NCBI GenBank assembly: GCA_965214915.1
Contig: CBDCCP010000002.1
Location: 766,054-830,053, forward strand
DNA from: Bryobacterales bacterium
GTDB taxonomy: Bacteria > Acidobacteriota > Terriglobia > Bryobacterales > UBA6623
DNA length: 64,000 bases
Direction of reading: 5' to 3'
The position numbers and the translations under genes are program-made. Below, piece after piece: positions 47,761 through 56,867 of the stretch (the first letter of the stretch is position 1; every line of letters starts with the position of its first letter). The notes beneath the pieces were generated by a model. It searched no databases. It had not been told where the DNA came from and worked only from the letters and a program-made list of their open reading frames with translations.

Positions 47761-48683
47761 ATCCGGCGGCCCCGCCTCTGACGCGCCGCGACTGGCTGAG
47801 CATGGCCGCCGTGGCGTCATGCTCGTGCAGGCAGTCGGAACCGCCGCCTTTCCGCTTTCGGCTTGCCGTCTGCAACGAGACGTTTCAGCGCGCCGATTTT
47901 GCGGAAGGCTGCCGCCTGGCCCGCGAAACCGGCTATACGGGTCTGGAGATCGCGCCGTGGACGCTAAGCGGCGATCCCGCGTCCATCGCTCGGGCCGCCC
48001 GCGCGGACTGCCGCCGAGCCATGGCCGATGAAGGCCTGACCTGCGTCGGGCTGCACAGTCTGCTGACGGCGCCGCCGGGAGAGTTGCATATCACCACCCC
48101 CGACGACCGGGTGCGCAGCAGAAGTTGGGACTACTTCCGCAGATTGATCGACCTTTGCGCCGACCTGGGCGGCGACAAGCTGATGATCCTGGGTTCGGGC
48201 AAACAGCGCCGCACGGTCGGCGGCTCCAGCGTCGAAGATGCGCTGCGACGGCTCACGGACGGGTTGGCTGAAGCCGCGCCCCACGCGGAAGCGCAAGGCG
48301 TAACAATCTTGCCCGAAACGCTCGCGCCGCACCTCTGCGACGTGATGACGACGATGGACGAAACGGTGGAGATCGTTCGCCAAATCGACAGCCCGGCAGT
48401 GCAGACGATGTTCGACACCCACAACGCCGTTGCCGAAGAGTTGCCGCACGACCGCCTCATCAAGAAATACGGGCTGTATATTAAACATGTCCACGTCAAC
48501 GAAATGGACGGCAGCCGTCCCGGCGCGGGTGGCTACGACTTCGCGGCGCCGATGAAAACGTTGAAAGACATCTATTACCGGGGCTGGCTCTCGCTCGAGG
48601 TTTTTCGTTTCGAGCCGAGCGGCGAGGTTGTCGCCCGCGAGGCCGCGCAGTTCCTGCGTCGGGTCGAGGCCGGACTCGCCTAA
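47757..48683 (+). CDS. Sugar phosphate isomerase/epimerase (xylose-isomerase-like TIM barrel)
   Basis: ATGA overlap with the upstream gene. TRRDWLSMAAV leader. GYTGLEIAP, LMILGSG, ILPETL and HVHVNE are typical family strands. Confidence 0.8.
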   Translation: MNPAAPPLTRRDWLSMAAVASCSCRQSEPPPFRFRLAVCNETFQRADFAEGCRLARETGYTGLEIAPWTLSGDPASIARAARADCRRAMADEGLTCVGLHSLLTAPPGELHITTPDDRVRSRSWDYFRRLIDLCADLGGDKLMILGSGKQRRTVGGSSVEDALRRLTDGLAEAAPHAEAQGVTILPETLAPHLCDVMTTMDETVEIVRQIDSPAVQTMFDTHNAVAEELPHDRLIKKYGLYIKHVHVNEMDGSRPGAGGYDFAAPMKTLKDIYYRGWLSLEVFRFEPSGEVVAREAAQFLRRVEAGLA

Positions 48684-48699
48684 GCGCATGGAGGTTGCA

Positions 48700-49983
48700 A
48701 TGAATCGACGCTATTTTTTCGCCGGCGCGGCGGCTGCGGCGACGGCGGCCGCCCGCCGCTCGACGGCCGCGAGCGACAAGGTCAACCTGGCTTTCATCGG
48801 AGTAGGCGGGCGCGGGCGCGGCTTGGCCGCAAGCTTTGCGAAACTGCCCGATGTCAACGTCGCGCATCTCGTTGACGCCGACCAGGCTTCGCTCGAACGC
48901 GCCTTCGCCCGACTCGACCAGAACGGAATCGCGCGGCCGCCGACAAGCGGCGACATGCGCCGCGCTCTCGACCGCGCGGACATCGACGCCGTCGTGATCG
49001 CTACTCCCGATCATTGGCATACGCCGGCCGCGCTGCTCGCCTGCGAAGCCGGCAAAGACGTTTACGTGGAAAAACCCTGCTCCCACAACATCCGCGAGGG
49101 GCGTCTGCTGGTCAACGCCGCCCGCCACAACAAGCGCATCGTGCAGCACGGCACGCAGGCCCGCAACCGCCCTTCGACCGTGCGCGCCATCGATTATGTG
49201 AAATCGGGAAAGATCGGCAAAGTCCTGATGGCCAAGGCCTGGAATATCCAGTTGCGCGAGGACATCGGCCATAAGCCGGACGGCCCGGTTCCCGAAGGCG
49301 TGGACTACGACGCCTGGCTCGGCCCGGCGCCGTGGATTCCGTTCAACGAAAACCGCTTCCACTACAAATGGCACTGGCATTGGCATTTCGGCACCGGGGA
49401 TGCGGGAAACGACGGCGCGCACCAACTCGATATCGCCCGCTGGGCGCTGGGCGTGAGCTATCCGCAAACGATTTCGGGCATGGGCCGCAAGGTGTTCTTC
49501 GACGACGACCAGCAGACCCCCGACACGATGAACGTCACTTTCGACTACGGCGACAAGGCGATGATCTGGGAAATGCGCATCTGGACGCCCTACAAGATGG
49601 CAGGCGTCGATAACGGGGTCGCCGTGTACGGCGCGGAGGGCATGGTCCACATCGGCCGTTGGAACCGCCGCTGGGGTTTCAAGGTCTTCGACGCGCAGGG
49701 CGGGGAAGTCATGCACGACGCGGAGACCGAAGACGAGATGGCCGCTCACGGGCGGGACTTCATCGACGCGGTCAAATCCCGCAAGCTGCCCAACGCCGAC
49801 ATTGGCGTCGCGCATTTATCGGCGATGCACTGTCATTTGGCCAACATCGTCGCGCGGTCGAACCGCACCCTGCGCTTCGACCCCGAAAGCGAGACTGTGA
49901 TCGGCGACGCGGAGGCGAATCTCCATGTCAAGCGGCGCTACCGCAGGCACTGGGGAACTCCCAGGCATTTAGCCGGCGCGTGA
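48700..49983 (+). CDS. Gfo/Idh/MocA-family oxidoreductase with Tat signal
   Basis: GGAGG RBS 5 nt before ATG 48700. MNRRYFFAGAAAAATAAA leader. LAFIGVGGRGRGL Rossmann motif. YVEKP motif. Confidence 0.85.
   Translation: MNRRYFFAGAAAAATAAARRSTAASDKVNLAFIGVGGRGRGLAASFAKLPDVNVAHLVDADQASLERAFARLDQNGIARPPTSGDMRRALDRADIDAVVIATPDHWHTPAALLACEAGKDVYVEKPCSHNIREGRLLVNAARHNKRIVQHGTQARNRPSTVRAIDYVKSGKIGKVLMAKAWNIQLREDIGHKPDGPVPEGVDYDAWLGPAPWIPFNENRFHYKWHWHWHFGTGDAGNDGAHQLDIARWALGVSYPQTISGMGRKVFFDDDQQTPDTMNVTFDYGDKAMIWEMRIWTPYKMAGVDNGVAVYGAEGMVHIGRWNRRWGFKVFDAQGGEVMHDAETEDEMAAHGRDFIDAVKSRKLPNADIGVAHLSAMHCHLANIVARSNRTLRFDPESETVIGDAEANLHVKRRYRRHWGTPRHLAGA
49499..49977 (+). repeat. Direct repeat copy 1 (intact 3' end of the Gfo/Idh/MocA gene)
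   Basis: It aligns by eye, base for base, with 50558-51051 (offset 1059 nt at the left end). Roughly nine of ten positions are identical. Confidence 0.85.
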
Positions 49984-50014
49984 GGGAAGCGCCGCGACGA
50001 CCGCCCCGAACCCG

Positions 50015-50167
50015 ATGAAGGCGCTTGCGCTGCATACCTACGAGCTGCATCCGTTGAAGGGCGACCGCAAGGGAACCTTCGCCGTGACGGTGACCGGCAA
50101 CCAGCGGATAACGTTCCGCTACGACGGCGAGCACGCCTACGATGTTGCCTTGGCGGACTACCACTAG
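50015..50167 (+). pseudogene. higB: N-terminally truncated HigB (RelE-fold) toxin
   Basis: The 50-codon ORF MKALALHTYELHPLKGDRKGTFAVTVTGNQRITFRYDGEHAYDVALADYH equals the C-terminal half of HigB toxins (L.PLKGDRKG.WS..V.GN.RI.F....G.A.DV...DYH). The N-terminal ~40 aa are missing and the upstream in-frame sequence is unrelated. Confidence 0.6.
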
Positions 50168-50180
50168 AAGGGAGCAAACC

Positions 50181-50540
50181 ATGATCGCGGGAATGAACGA
50201 TAACGATTGGCTGCGGCGAAACCCGCTGCATCCGGGACAGCACATCAAGATCGGCTATTTGGATGCTTGCAACGATTACCCCGGCATGACCTTGGAAGCG
50301 GAGGCGAAGAAGTTGGGCATTAGCCGCATCACGCTGTCACGCATCGTGAACGGGCATCGGCCTGTCACGGTGGAGCTTGCGCTGAAGCTCGAAGCTGTCG
50401 GCTGGGGAGTAGCGGACAGTTGGTTGGCGCAGCAGATGCGCTACGACTTGGCGCAAGCCCGCAAGCGGTTGAATCAGCCCTTGGCCGAGGCCCCGGCCAC
50501 GCTGCGCGAGAAGCAGTTGCCGGCGGAAGCGGCGGCGTAG
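50181..50540 (+). CDS. higA: HigA-family HTH antitoxin
   Basis: HPGQHIKIGYLD...MTLEAEAKKLGISRITLSRIVNGHRPVTVELALKLEAVGWGVADSWLAQQMRYDLAQA is the canonical HigA pattern. It lies 13 nt after the higB stop. Confidence 0.8.
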   Translation: MIAGMNDNDWLRRNPLHPGQHIKIGYLDACNDYPGMTLEAEAKKLGISRITLSRIVNGHRPVTVELALKLEAVGWGVADSWLAQQMRYDLAQARKRLNQPLAEAPATLREKQLPAEAAA

Positions 50541-50557
50541 CATTCCGAAGCCGAAAC

Positions 50558-51051
50558 TCGATGACGATCGACAGACCCCCGACACGATGAACGTCGCCTT
50601 CGACTACGGCGACAAGGCGACGATCTGGGAAATGCGCATCCGGACGCCGTACCAGATGGCAGGCGTCGATAACGGAGTCGCCGTGTACGGCGCGGAGGGC
50701 ATAGTCACACGTCGGCCGTTGGAACCGCCGCTGGGGCTTCAAGGGCTTCGATGCGCAGGGCGGGGAAGTCATGCACGATGAGGAAAGCGATGCCCGGGAC
50801 GAAACGGCGATGGCCGCTCACGGGCGGGACTTCATCGACGCGATCGAATCCCGCAAGCTGCCGAACGCCGACGTCGGCGTCGCGCACTTGTCGGCGATGC
50901 ACTGTCATTTGGCCAACATCGTCGCGCGGGCGAACCGCACGCTGCGCTTCGACGCCGAAAGCGAGACCGTCATCCGCGACCCGGAGGCGAATCTCCACGT
51001 CAAGCGGCGGTACCGCAGGCACTGGGGAACTCCCCGGTATGTTTAGCCGGC
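50558..51051 (+). pseudogene. Direct repeat copy 2: displaced, frameshifted 3' fragment of a Gfo/Idh/MocA gene
   Basis: It encodes MNVAFDYGDKATIWEMRIRTPYQMAGVDNGVAVYGAEGIV. After a 1-nt indel, a second frame gives AAHGRDFIDAIESRKLPNADVGVAHLSAMHCHLANIVARANRTLRFDAESETVIRDPEANLHVKRRYRRHWGTP. This is nearly identical to the C-terminus of the gene ending at 49983. Confidence 0.85.
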
Positions 51052-51237
51052 TTGCGGCGAAATTTCCGGATAATTCCCCTCAAAAAAATTAACAAAACTG
51101 TAAAAATACAAGAATTGTTTGACGGCTGTTGATTTTGCGGCGCAGCGCGGTGTAGGGTAGCGTGCATCGGCTTAGCAGAAGGCAATAAGCGTTCGGAGCG
51201 AACATTTGTCGATAACCCTGAACAAAAAAGGTTTGGA

Positions 51238-52690
51238 ATGAGAAAGGCAGCCCGTCGACTATATCGTATAAACCGACCCTTTCACAGGCAGCAGCGCGGC
51301 GGGAAGTACGTCCAGCTATTCTTCACTGTTTGCGCCGCGCTGTCGGCTTCGGTCGCGCTGGGGCAGACCGCCGTCCCGTGGACGATCGAGACAGTCGCCG
51401 GCGCCGGATTCAGCGGCTACGGCGGGGACGGTGGCCCGGCGGCGCAGGCGCGGTTGAATCGCCCCGTCGGCGTGGCGCTGGACGGAGCGGGCAACCTGTA
51501 CATCGCCGATGGTTTCAACCACCGCATCCGCAAGGTGGACGCAGCCGGCGTCATCTCCACCGTGGCGGGCGACGGGACGGCCAGCTACGGCGGGGACGGC
51601 GGCCCGGCGGCGCAGGCGCTGTTGAGTCGACCCGCCGACGTGGCGGTGGACGGAGCGGGCAACCTGTACATCGCCGATACATACAACCACCGCATCCGCA
51701 AGGTGGACGCGGCCGGCGTCATCTCCACCGTGGCGGGCGCCGGGAGGGAAGGCTACGGCGGGGACGGCGGCCCGGCGGCGCAGGCGTGGTTGAATCAACC
51801 CAGCGGCGTGGCGGTGGACGGAGCGGGCAACCTGTACATCGGCGATCAGCACAACCACCGCATCCGCCGCCTGCGGCCGACGCCCCGGATATCTGCGGGC
51901 GGCATCGTGCTCGCTACCGGCACTCCTGTCGTGAGCCGCATCTCCCCCAACGCCATCGTTTCCGTCTTCGGACAGGATTTCGCGCCGCCGGGGAGGCAGG
52001 AGTCGAGCGCTCTGGACGCCGCAGGCAGAGTTGCCGACAGACTGGCCGGCGTCTGCCTGGAGATCGGCGGCAGGCGCACCCTGTTCACCTACATCGACGG
52101 CAAGCGCGCCCCGCTGTTCTACGTCTCCCCCACGCAGATCAACGCTCAAGTCCCCCACGATCTGACGCCGGGGCGGACGCAAGCGGCGGTCATCGACGGC
52201 TGCGGCTCGGACGCCGAATATCGCGGCCCGGAGACGCCGGTTGAGATCGGCGCGGTCTCGCCGGCCTTCTTCAACTTCGTGGACAACGGCGACGGGCGCA
52301 ACCCGCTCGTAGCCATGCACGGCGGCGGCCCCCGCCCTGGCCGGCGCGCCGGGCCTGCTGCCCGGAGCGGAGTTCACGCCCGCCGAGCCGGGCGCGATCG
52401 TCACCCTGTTCGGAACCGGCTTCGGAGCCGTCGAGCCGCCATTGGAAACGGGTCAAATCCCGGGCGCCGCGGCCAACTTGGTCAACGCGGCCGCCTTTAC
52501 CGTAGGCGGCATCGCGGTTTCCCCTGAGGATGTCCTCTACGCCGGCGCGTCGCCCTGCTGCGCCGGGCTCTACCAATTCACGCTGCGCCTGCCTGCCGAT
52601 CTGCCCGACGGCGACGCGCCCGTCATCGCCACGGCGCAAGGCGTTTCGACCCCTGAGGGGCCGTACCTTACCGTCCGCCGCCGGCAATGA
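51238..52690 (+). pseudogene. Secreted NHL-repeat protein with TIGR03437-like (Solibacter-type) C-terminal domain, interrupted by a frameshift in a C5 run
   Basis: Three NHL blades (GPAAQA.LN.P.GVA.DGAGNLYIAD..NHRIRKV) are followed by an IPT-like C-terminal domain. Frame 1 turns to R/P nonsense after MHGGGP (52329-52333 = CCCCC). The next frame continues sensibly (ALAGAPGLLPGAEFTPAEPGAIVTLFGTGFGAVEPPLETGQIPG...AGLYQFTLRLPADLPDG...) to stop 52690. Confidence 0.75.
51412..51870 (+). repeat. About 2.7 tandem copies of a 168-bp (56-codon) unit encoding NHL blades
   Basis: The string GGCGGGGACGG(T/C)GGCCCGGCGGCGCAGGCG recurs at 51421, 51589 and 51757 (period 168). The flanking sequence is near-identical at the nucleotide level. 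Confidence 0.8.
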
Positions 52691-53103
52691 AAGCTCTCCA
52701 CCGCCCGAAAAACGAAGGCGGGAATCGAAAAATGCCGCAAAGAATCGAGTCGTCCGACGCGGCGGAAGCGGTCGTCTCCGGCGGCGGTAGCGCGAGCCAA
52801 ACCGGCGTGACCGTCGCCGGCGAGTAACGATGCTATGGCATGACTCAAGAAGAGATCCGCGCGGTCAATCGCCAATCCGGATTTGCGGGCGATCGTCAGG
52901 GCAAGCGCTCGTCGCTGCGGCCGATGAGCCGGCCGGCGCTTTTGGCGGCGTTCGCGCCGAAAGCGATCCGGAAGTTCGCCGAAGCCAGGTTTCAATAGGC
53001 AGCGCTCCGCGCCGCCGCGGTCTTGCTGTCCACTATCCACTATCTGCCGCCCCGCCCCCATCGCGTATTCTGAGGGCGGAAGCATTCGTTCCGGGGAGGT
53101 CAA

Positions 53104-53895
53104 ATGGAGTTCCGTTCCATTCTCTATGCAGTTGAAGACAGTGTCGCCAAGATCACGCTGAATCGCCCGCAGGCGTACAACGCGCTCGACAAGCGGACTT
53201 TCCGGGAGTTCTTCGAGGCGGTCTCCGAGGCCGACGCCGATGAAGGCGTGCGGGTCATTACGATTACGGGCGCCGGCAAGGCGTTTTGCGCCGGCGGCGA
53301 TATCGCCGAGTTCGCCGCGGGCCTCGACCGCTCGAGTCGGCTGTTGAAGCGGATGACGCTTTTGGCGCACGGCGCGATGTCGCGGCTGGCGCGCTCGCGG
53401 AAGCCGTCGCTGGCGATCGTCAACGGGGTCGCCGCCGGCGGCGGAATCGGCATTGCTCTGGGCGCGGACCTGGCCGTCGCGGCCGAGAGCGCCAAGTTCA
53501 ATTTGGCCTACTCGGGCCTTGGGGTCAGCCCGGACAACAGCACTTCGTTCTACCTTCCGCGGTTGATCGGCCTACGGCGCGCGATGGAGATGGCCCTGCT
53601 CAACCGCGTGTTGTCCGCGCAGGAAGCCGTTGCCTGGGGCCTGATTAACCGCGCCGTGCCGGACGACGATCTTGAAGCGCAAGCCGCGGGGATCGCCGCC
53701 CGCCTCGCGGCCGGGCCGACTCTCGCCTACGGCGCGACGAAGCGGCTGTTCCACCAGAGCTTCAGCAATACTCTCGAAAGCCAGATGGAGTACGAAGCGC
53801 AATCGATCGCCGCCCTCAGCGAGACGTCCGATTTCCGCGAGGCGGTGACGGCTTTCGGGGAAAAGCGCAGGCCGGTCTTCAAGGGAGTCCGCTAA
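53104..53895 (+). CDS. Enoyl-CoA hydratase/isomerase (crotonase) family protein
   Basis: VAKITLNRPQAYNAL...ITITGAGKAFCAGGD...IVNGVAAGGGIGIAL is the canonical crotonase pattern. Confidence 0.85.
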   Translation: MEFRSILYAVEDSVAKITLNRPQAYNALDKRTFREFFEAVSEADADEGVRVITITGAGKAFCAGGDIAEFAAGLDRSSRLLKRMTLLAHGAMSRLARSRKPSLAIVNGVAAGGGIGIALGADLAVAAESAKFNLAYSGLGVSPDNSTSFYLPRLIGLRRAMEMALLNRVLSAQEAVAWGLINRAVPDDDLEAQAAGIAARLAAGPTLAYGATKRLFHQSFSNTLESQMEYEAQSIAALSETSDFREAVTAFGEKRRPVFKGVR

Positions 53896-53932
53896 TTCGG
53901 GGGATTTCACCCGAGTTCCGCCGCCGGCGGCT

Positions 53933-54382
53933 ATGCTACAGTGCAGTCCGAGGCATTGCCTCTCAGTCCGGATCGTGACCCGTTCGGTGAGCGCTTTAGT
54001 TTTGTTGGCGGCCGTTGCAGGCAGTCGAGAAACCGCCCTCCCGGCGAGCGCGGAGACTCCGCCAAGCCCTGTCGCATACTCCGCCGAATCCGTCCGCGAG
54101 GGCCGCAAGACGTATCTCCGACTCTGCCAATACTGCCACGGCCAGGATGGCCGCGCGCAGGCGAATCCCGACTTCGATGCGCCCAGCCTGCGCAGGCCGC
54201 AAGAGTGGCGGAACGGCGTGAGCGACGAGCGTCTCTTCCTGTCGATAAAGGACGGCGTCGGCCACGACATGCCCCCGTTTCGGACGCAGCTTAAAGACGA
54301 GCAGATTTGGCGAATCGTCCATTTTCTGAGAAGCATCGGCCCGGAGAAATACCGCGGTCCAGGCGGCGGCCGGCCTGAATAG
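53933..54382 (+). CDS. Monohaem class I c-type cytochrome (secreted)
   Basis: Hydrophobic leader (SALVLLAAVAG), CQYCH haem motif, and downstream Met ligand context (GHDMPPF). The start may be internal. Confidence 0.8.
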   Translation: MLQCSPRHCLSVRIVTRSVSALVLLAAVAGSRETALPASAETPPSPVAYSAESVREGRKTYLRLCQYCHGQDGRAQANPDFDAPSLRRPQEWRNGVSDERLFLSIKDGVGHDMPPFRTQLKDEQIWRIVHFLRSIGPEKYRGPGGGRPE

Positions 54383-54397
54383 TGGAGGGAAAGCAAC

Positions 54398-56323
54398 ATG
54401 GCGAGTGAAAAACAAGTGTCGCGGCGCAAGATTCTGGTAGGCGCGGCGGCGTCGGCCGCCGTTCCGACTGCGGCCGCGGCGGCAACGGAACGCGACCGCG
54501 GCATCCTGATTCCGCAAGAAGTGCCGGCGGCGTTGAGCGAAGAGCCGCGTCCGGCCGACTTCCCCATGACGGGAGCGCAGGTCTTCGCCAAGGCGTGCAA
54601 GGCGGAGGGTCTCGCGGCGCTGTTCTGCGCGCCCGGAAACTACACCGTCATCAATGCCATCGCCTCAGAGGGCATTCCCAGTTACGGCGGCAGGACCGAA
54701 GGCATGATGTGCTCCGCCGCCGACGGTTTCTCGCGCGTGACCGGCGAGGTCGCCGCCGCGTCGGGCACCGAAGGCCCCGGTTTCACCAACATGATCATGA
54801 GCGTCGCCGCGGCCAACGCGGCGCGCACGCCGCTGTTGTTGCTGGCGAGCAATATGACCGTGGGCCTGGACGACACGGAGCAGGCGATCCAGCGCGGGTA
54901 TCAGCAACCCACGACCGTCGGGCTGAGAAAGTACGGCAAGCGGCTCATCGACCCGCCCCGCGTCCATGAGTACGCGGCCTATGCTTTCCGCCAGTTGAAG
55001 ACAGGGGTGCCGCGGCCGGTCCATCTCGATTTTCCGGGCGAGGTCGCGCGGGCGGTGTTCGAGTCTCCCGAAGACCTGGCCTACTTCCACGACCGCGCCA
55101 AGTACCGCACCGAAGCGAAGCCCCATCCGGCGAAGAAAGACATCGAACGAGCCGCGCGCATGATCGCCGCAGCGGAGCGGCCCATTATCGTCGCCGGCGC
55201 GGGAGTTTTTTACAGCAAGGCCTGGGATGCGCTGCAGGCGGCGGCCGAAAAGGCCGATATCGCCGTTGTCGAATCCGGCCCCAGCCGCGGCCACTTCGGC
55301 GACGATCACCCGCTGTCGGCGAATACCGCGCCCGACGCGCTGCTGAGCGCCGACCTCGTCGTTCTCTTGGGGCAGTACGTGATGCCGACGATTGGGGAAT
55401 ACGCCTTCGACCCCGATGCCCGTTACATCCGCATCGACCCCGACCCGGCGGACATCGGCCGCAATCTGCCGATCGACCTGGGCATCGTAAGCTGCGAAAA
55501 AGCCGCGCTCGAAGCGTTGGCCGACACGCTCAAAAAGGCGCGGAGGCCCGCTTGGCGGGACGAGCTGGCCGCCGCCCGCAAGGCGTTTGCGGAGCAGAAC
55601 GAGGAATATTACAGGCTCGGCTTGCAGCACAGCAAGGCGGCGCAAGCGGTCCACCCGGCGGTGATCGCGCGCGAGCTTGGAGATTTTCTGTACAACGCCG
55701 AGCTCGACCCCAAGCAAACGACGGTGGTGTCGGGCGGCTACGGGATCGCGCGCTACACGCGGCGGTTCCTGCAGGCGCACCGTCCCGGACAAATCTGCAA
55801 CGGCGCCTATCAGTACGGCGCGATCGGGCCGGACGTGGGCTATACGGTCGGCGCCGGCGCGGCGGTCCAACAGGGAGTCGGTCCGCACAAGCCGTACAAA
55901 GGAGCGCCGGTCGTTGCCGTTACCGGCGACGCGGGCTTTGCCTACTCCGGCATGGAGCTCGAAACGCTGTCGAAGTACCGCATCCCCGCGGTGGTGATCG
56001 TCTACAACAACAACGCCTGGGGCGTTTGGCGCAGCGGCCAAACCGGCGGCAGAGCCAACACGGCGCGGGCGCAGCACATGTATCTCTTCCAGGAGAATCT
56101 GCGCTACGAGAAGATCGCCGAGGCGCTGGGCGGACGCGGCGAGTACGTCACCGCCGCCGCGGATTTCCGTCCGGCGCTGGAGAGAAGCTACCAAGCCGCG
56201 GCCGCGCGAGGCGTCTCCACCGTGATCAATTGCCAGGCGATCAAGGAATTCTGGAGCTCGCGGGACTATCCGCCGGGTTTGCTGCAGAAAGTCGAGCCGG
56301 GCTGCATGGCTTACTACCACTGA
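54398..56323 (+). CDS. Thiamine-diphosphate-dependent enzyme (acetolactate synthase / pyruvate oxidase superfamily) with twin-arginine signal
   Basis: [31 protein letters not shown] leader. N-terminal Pyr domain ([24 protein letters not shown]...[10 protein letters not shown]). ThDP-binding motif [33 protein letters not shown]. Confidence 0.85.
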   Translation: MASEKQVSRRKILVGAAASAAVPTAAAAATERDRGILIPQEVPAALSEEPRPADFPMTGAQVFAKACKAEGLAALFCAPGNYTVINAIASEGIPSYGGRTEGMMCSAADGFSRVTGEVAAASGTEGPGFTNMIMSVAAANAARTPLLLLASNMTVGLDDTEQAIQRGYQQPTTVGLRKYGKRLIDPPRVHEYAAYAFRQLKTGVPRPVHLDFPGEVARAVFESPEDLAYFHDRAKYRTEAKPHPAKKDIERAARMIAAAERPIIVAGAGVFYSKAWDALQAAAEKADIAVVESGPSRGHFGDDHPLSANTAPDALLSADLVVLLGQYVMPTIGEYAFDPDARYIRIDPDPADIGRNLPIDLGIVSCEKAALEALADTLKKARRPAWRDELAAARKAFAEQNEEYYRLGLQHSKAAQAVHPAVIARELGDFLYNAELDPKQTTVVSGGYGIARYTRRFLQAHRPGQICNGAYQYGAIGPDVGYTVGAGAAVQQGVGPHKPYKGAPVVAVTGDAGFAYSGMELETLSKYRIPAVVIVYNNNAWGVWRSGQTGGRANTARAQHMYLFQENLRYEKIAEALGGRGEYVTAAADFRPALERSYQAAAARGVSTVINCQAIKEFWSSRDYPPGLLQKVEPGCMAYYH

Positions 56324-56805
56324 TGATTGCCGCACAACGGACGGCCGATGACGTCGAGCGGTCGCTGCGCCGCTACGCCGACCGCGGCGTATTCCGTTCG
56401 TTCAGCGCGGCCGGCGCGCGCGGAGGCAAGCGAAAGTTTTCTTTCGAGTACGTGTCCGCGCGGCGCATTGAGCTGGTGTTCGATCCGCGGACGGGTTCGC
56501 TCACGCTCCCGCGCCTGTTGCCCAATGCCCCGGCCGATTCGCGGATTTACCGCGATCTGAAAGCGTTTGTCCGTTCGCGTACGCTGTCGGAGGTTCCCGA
56601 TCACCGCCGGATCGACCCCGCGCGCGCGACGGTGCAGTGCTCCAACCGCAAGGGGTACGTCACGCTCAAGGTGGTTCCGGCAGACGGAGACGCCGCCTAC
56701 GCCTGCCGCTCGGCGGTCAAGCTGATCGGCGAAGTCTTTCTGGGGTTCTTGAACGGCCCCTACGCGGAATACATGTTCGCCAACTTCGATCGGCCGGAAG
56801 AGTAG
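56323..56805 (+). CDS. Hypothetical 160-aa protein translationally coupled to the ThDP enzyme
   Basis: ATG 56323 overlaps stop TGA 56321-56323. The ORF is coherent and not low-complexity ([28 protein letters not shown]...GPYAEYMFANFDRPEE). I recognise no motif and see no signal peptide. Confidence 0.55.
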   Translation: MIAAQRTADDVERSLRRYADRGVFRSFSAAGARGGKRKFSFEYVSARRIELVFDPRTGSLTLPRLLPNAPADSRIYRDLKAFVRSRTLSEVPDHRRIDPARATVQCSNRKGYVTLKVVPADGDAAYACRSAVKLIGEVFLGFLNGPYAEYMFANFDRPEE

Positions 56806-56867
56806 GCCGCCGGAGAGCCTCGGACTTGTGAACCATCCGGCGGATCGAGTCTGCCGCTCAGGCGCCT

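Noticed and set aside
51412-51870. Regularly spaced near-identical repeats that could be mistaken for a CRISPR-like array.
   Set aside because: The period is 168 bp with no unique spacers. The repeats are in frame and encode NHL propeller blades. No cas genes are present in the window.
52840-52998. 52-codon ORF (MTQEEIRAVNRQSGFAGDRQGKRSSLRPMSRPALLAAFAPKAIRKFAEARFQ) in the 410-bp gap between the NHL gene and the crotonase gene.
   Set aside because: Codon usage is reasonable, but there is no recognisable motif, no convincing RBS and the ORF is short. It cannot be supported as a gene without homology or expression data.
52570-53370. 266-aa minus-strand ORF spanning the intergenic gap and the start of the crotonase gene.
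   Set aside because: The part overlapping 53104-53370 is antisense to a well-supported crotonase. The remainder has no motif and no start context.
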